The notes under the pieces are model-generated. The model did not search any database. It saw only the letters and a list, made by a program, of their open reading frames with translations, and was not told where the DNA came from. Position numbers and translations under genes: made by a program. Below are positions 62,553 to 64,000 of a stretch of 64,000 bases of DNA, piece after piece (position 1 is the first letter of the stretch; each line of letters opens with the position of its first letter). Source of the DNA: the human T2T-CHM13v2.0 reference genome, Homo sapiens; assembly GCF_009914755.1 (NCBI RefSeq), contig NC_060938.1. One strand, given 5' to 3'.

Positions 62553-63721
62553 TTTGGAGCTTCTTAAGGAGACATAAGAAAGCAGGACTGAAATCCTGCA
62601 CCTTGGTAGGTGGGGGACATTATCTAGAGCAACTATTAAAACAACTTTGCGTATGGTAAGACCTAAGGGATATTTTGCTTTATAATTGTTCCAGTAAAGC
62701 AATTCTGTTGATAACTACCAATCTCCTCTGTCCTCTACAGGTATGAGCAGTGCTAAGGTGGTTTCATTCTGGGTCCAAACCTTTCCTTTCTTTGCCTTCT
62801 CTTTAGCTGTTTTTTGCTGATGAACCCTAATGACCCATGTCCCTTGCTGGATCCTGCTGCTGAACACTATATTGGTTGCTCCCTTACCTCAAAGTTTGTA
62901 GACAGATTGTTGTGTACTCTCAATCTCTCTGTCTGCAACTGTTTACAAAGATTAGGCTTTAATGTACACAGACTTTCTGCCTCAATTGTATAGGCTTAAT
63001 CAATTTATTTCTTTTTTATGAGAGCTTTTGTCATAAAAATCTCCCTTTATTTCTTTTTTATGAGAGCTATTGTCTTCTTATTACAAAAGAAATACATGCC
63101 CATTGTAGAACTCAACTGATTTTCTCAGCTTTTATTTTAAATTTGCATTTCCTATGAATGCCCATCTAGGCAATTTGGGAGATGCTGGAGGGGCAACTCT
63201 CCTTGAATGCAAATGCATCCTAAGCAGCCTTTGCTGGGGAAAGGGCTTCCGGAGGAAAAGGACTGTTCACAGCTGAGTGCTGTCTGGACAACTCCTTCTC
63301 ATTGTGCAAACATCCTGCCCCTCTCATTGTTTTCTTTTTCCCCTCTGTTTTCAGCCTGCTTTTAACAACAGCTGGAATTAAAAGGCATTCACTTACTGGA
63401 AAATATGGTCTCACCAGGGCTTTGCTATATACTTCTTTCATGCTTTCCTCTTGGTTAGTTAACATGTGATTTGAAGGGCTAACTCATTTGTATAAAATCT
63501 TGTTCATTCGTGTGCTGGTTTAACTGGGTACACTCTTAGGCTTCTGAGTATGCAAGGGTATTACATTTATGTTCACTTGGTCAAAGTAGGAAAAATTAGG
63601 TAGTTAAAATCTATTACATGCTACACATTTTCTTTTACTCTCTTCCTCTTCCTGAACCTGTTATGTACTGTAGGGTTCTATACATGAAAACCACCTGTTC
63701 TGATAAATGCCAGTGGGGGCA

Positions 63722-63900
63722 GATAACATTTATGGAACATCCAGTCTGTGTCACTCATGTATCTTCCACCACAACTCTGTGGGGGAAAATGTTGTTCCTA
63801 ATTTACAAATGTCCCTGTCGTATGGATGAACACACTGGGACTTAGAGAGGTTAAGTACTTGCCCAGGAATTTCAAGTTTGGCCAGTGAAGTTGATGTGAC
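63722..63900 (-). mobile_element. MIR
   Basis: 'cttagagaggttaagtacttgcccagg'. Confidence 0.7.
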
Positions 63901-64000
63901 TTTGGATAAGTTCTTTAATACTATTTCAGGGATAAGACCAGAAAAATTGCAACTTGAAGAGAACAAATTAAATTGTTAAACTGCAAAGACCAAAGGTGTT

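Overview
Primate (human-like, hominoid given an L1PA3-type insert) non-coding genomic DNA, intergenic or deep intronic. I find no credible protein-coding gene, RNA gene or CRISPR array. The ORF track is explained by chance ORFs, Alu frames, decayed L1 ORF2 3' ends and a tandem repeat. About half the window is interspersed repeats: 10 Alus (most with visible target-site duplications, TSDs), L1 remnants from L1ME to L1PA3 (one twin-primed/5'-inverted), many MIR and L2 fragments, about 17 solo LTRs (MaLR MLT1/THE1C, ERVL MLT2/LTR33, ERV1 LTR27/28-like), Tigger3a and hAT-Charlie fossils, and an L4/RTE-X fragment. The most unusual object is a ~2.3 kb GT-rich compound minisatellite (42.1-44.5 kb). 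It is built from 33/35-bp and 24/26-bp units in paired higher-order blocks (marker spacings 215,191,191,118,118,92,92), and nearly every unit carries a RUNX-type TGTGGTC motif. Also notable are several fold-back/templated-insertion scars (perfect 13- and 17-bp inverted repeats), a well-formed 34-nt candidate micro-exon, a candidate recursive splice site and a solo MLT2A2 LTR with a DUX4-like site. Repeat subfamily names come from recalled consensus sequences, and boundaries of old elements are approximate. I found no well-supported new biological system; the leads below are hypotheses.
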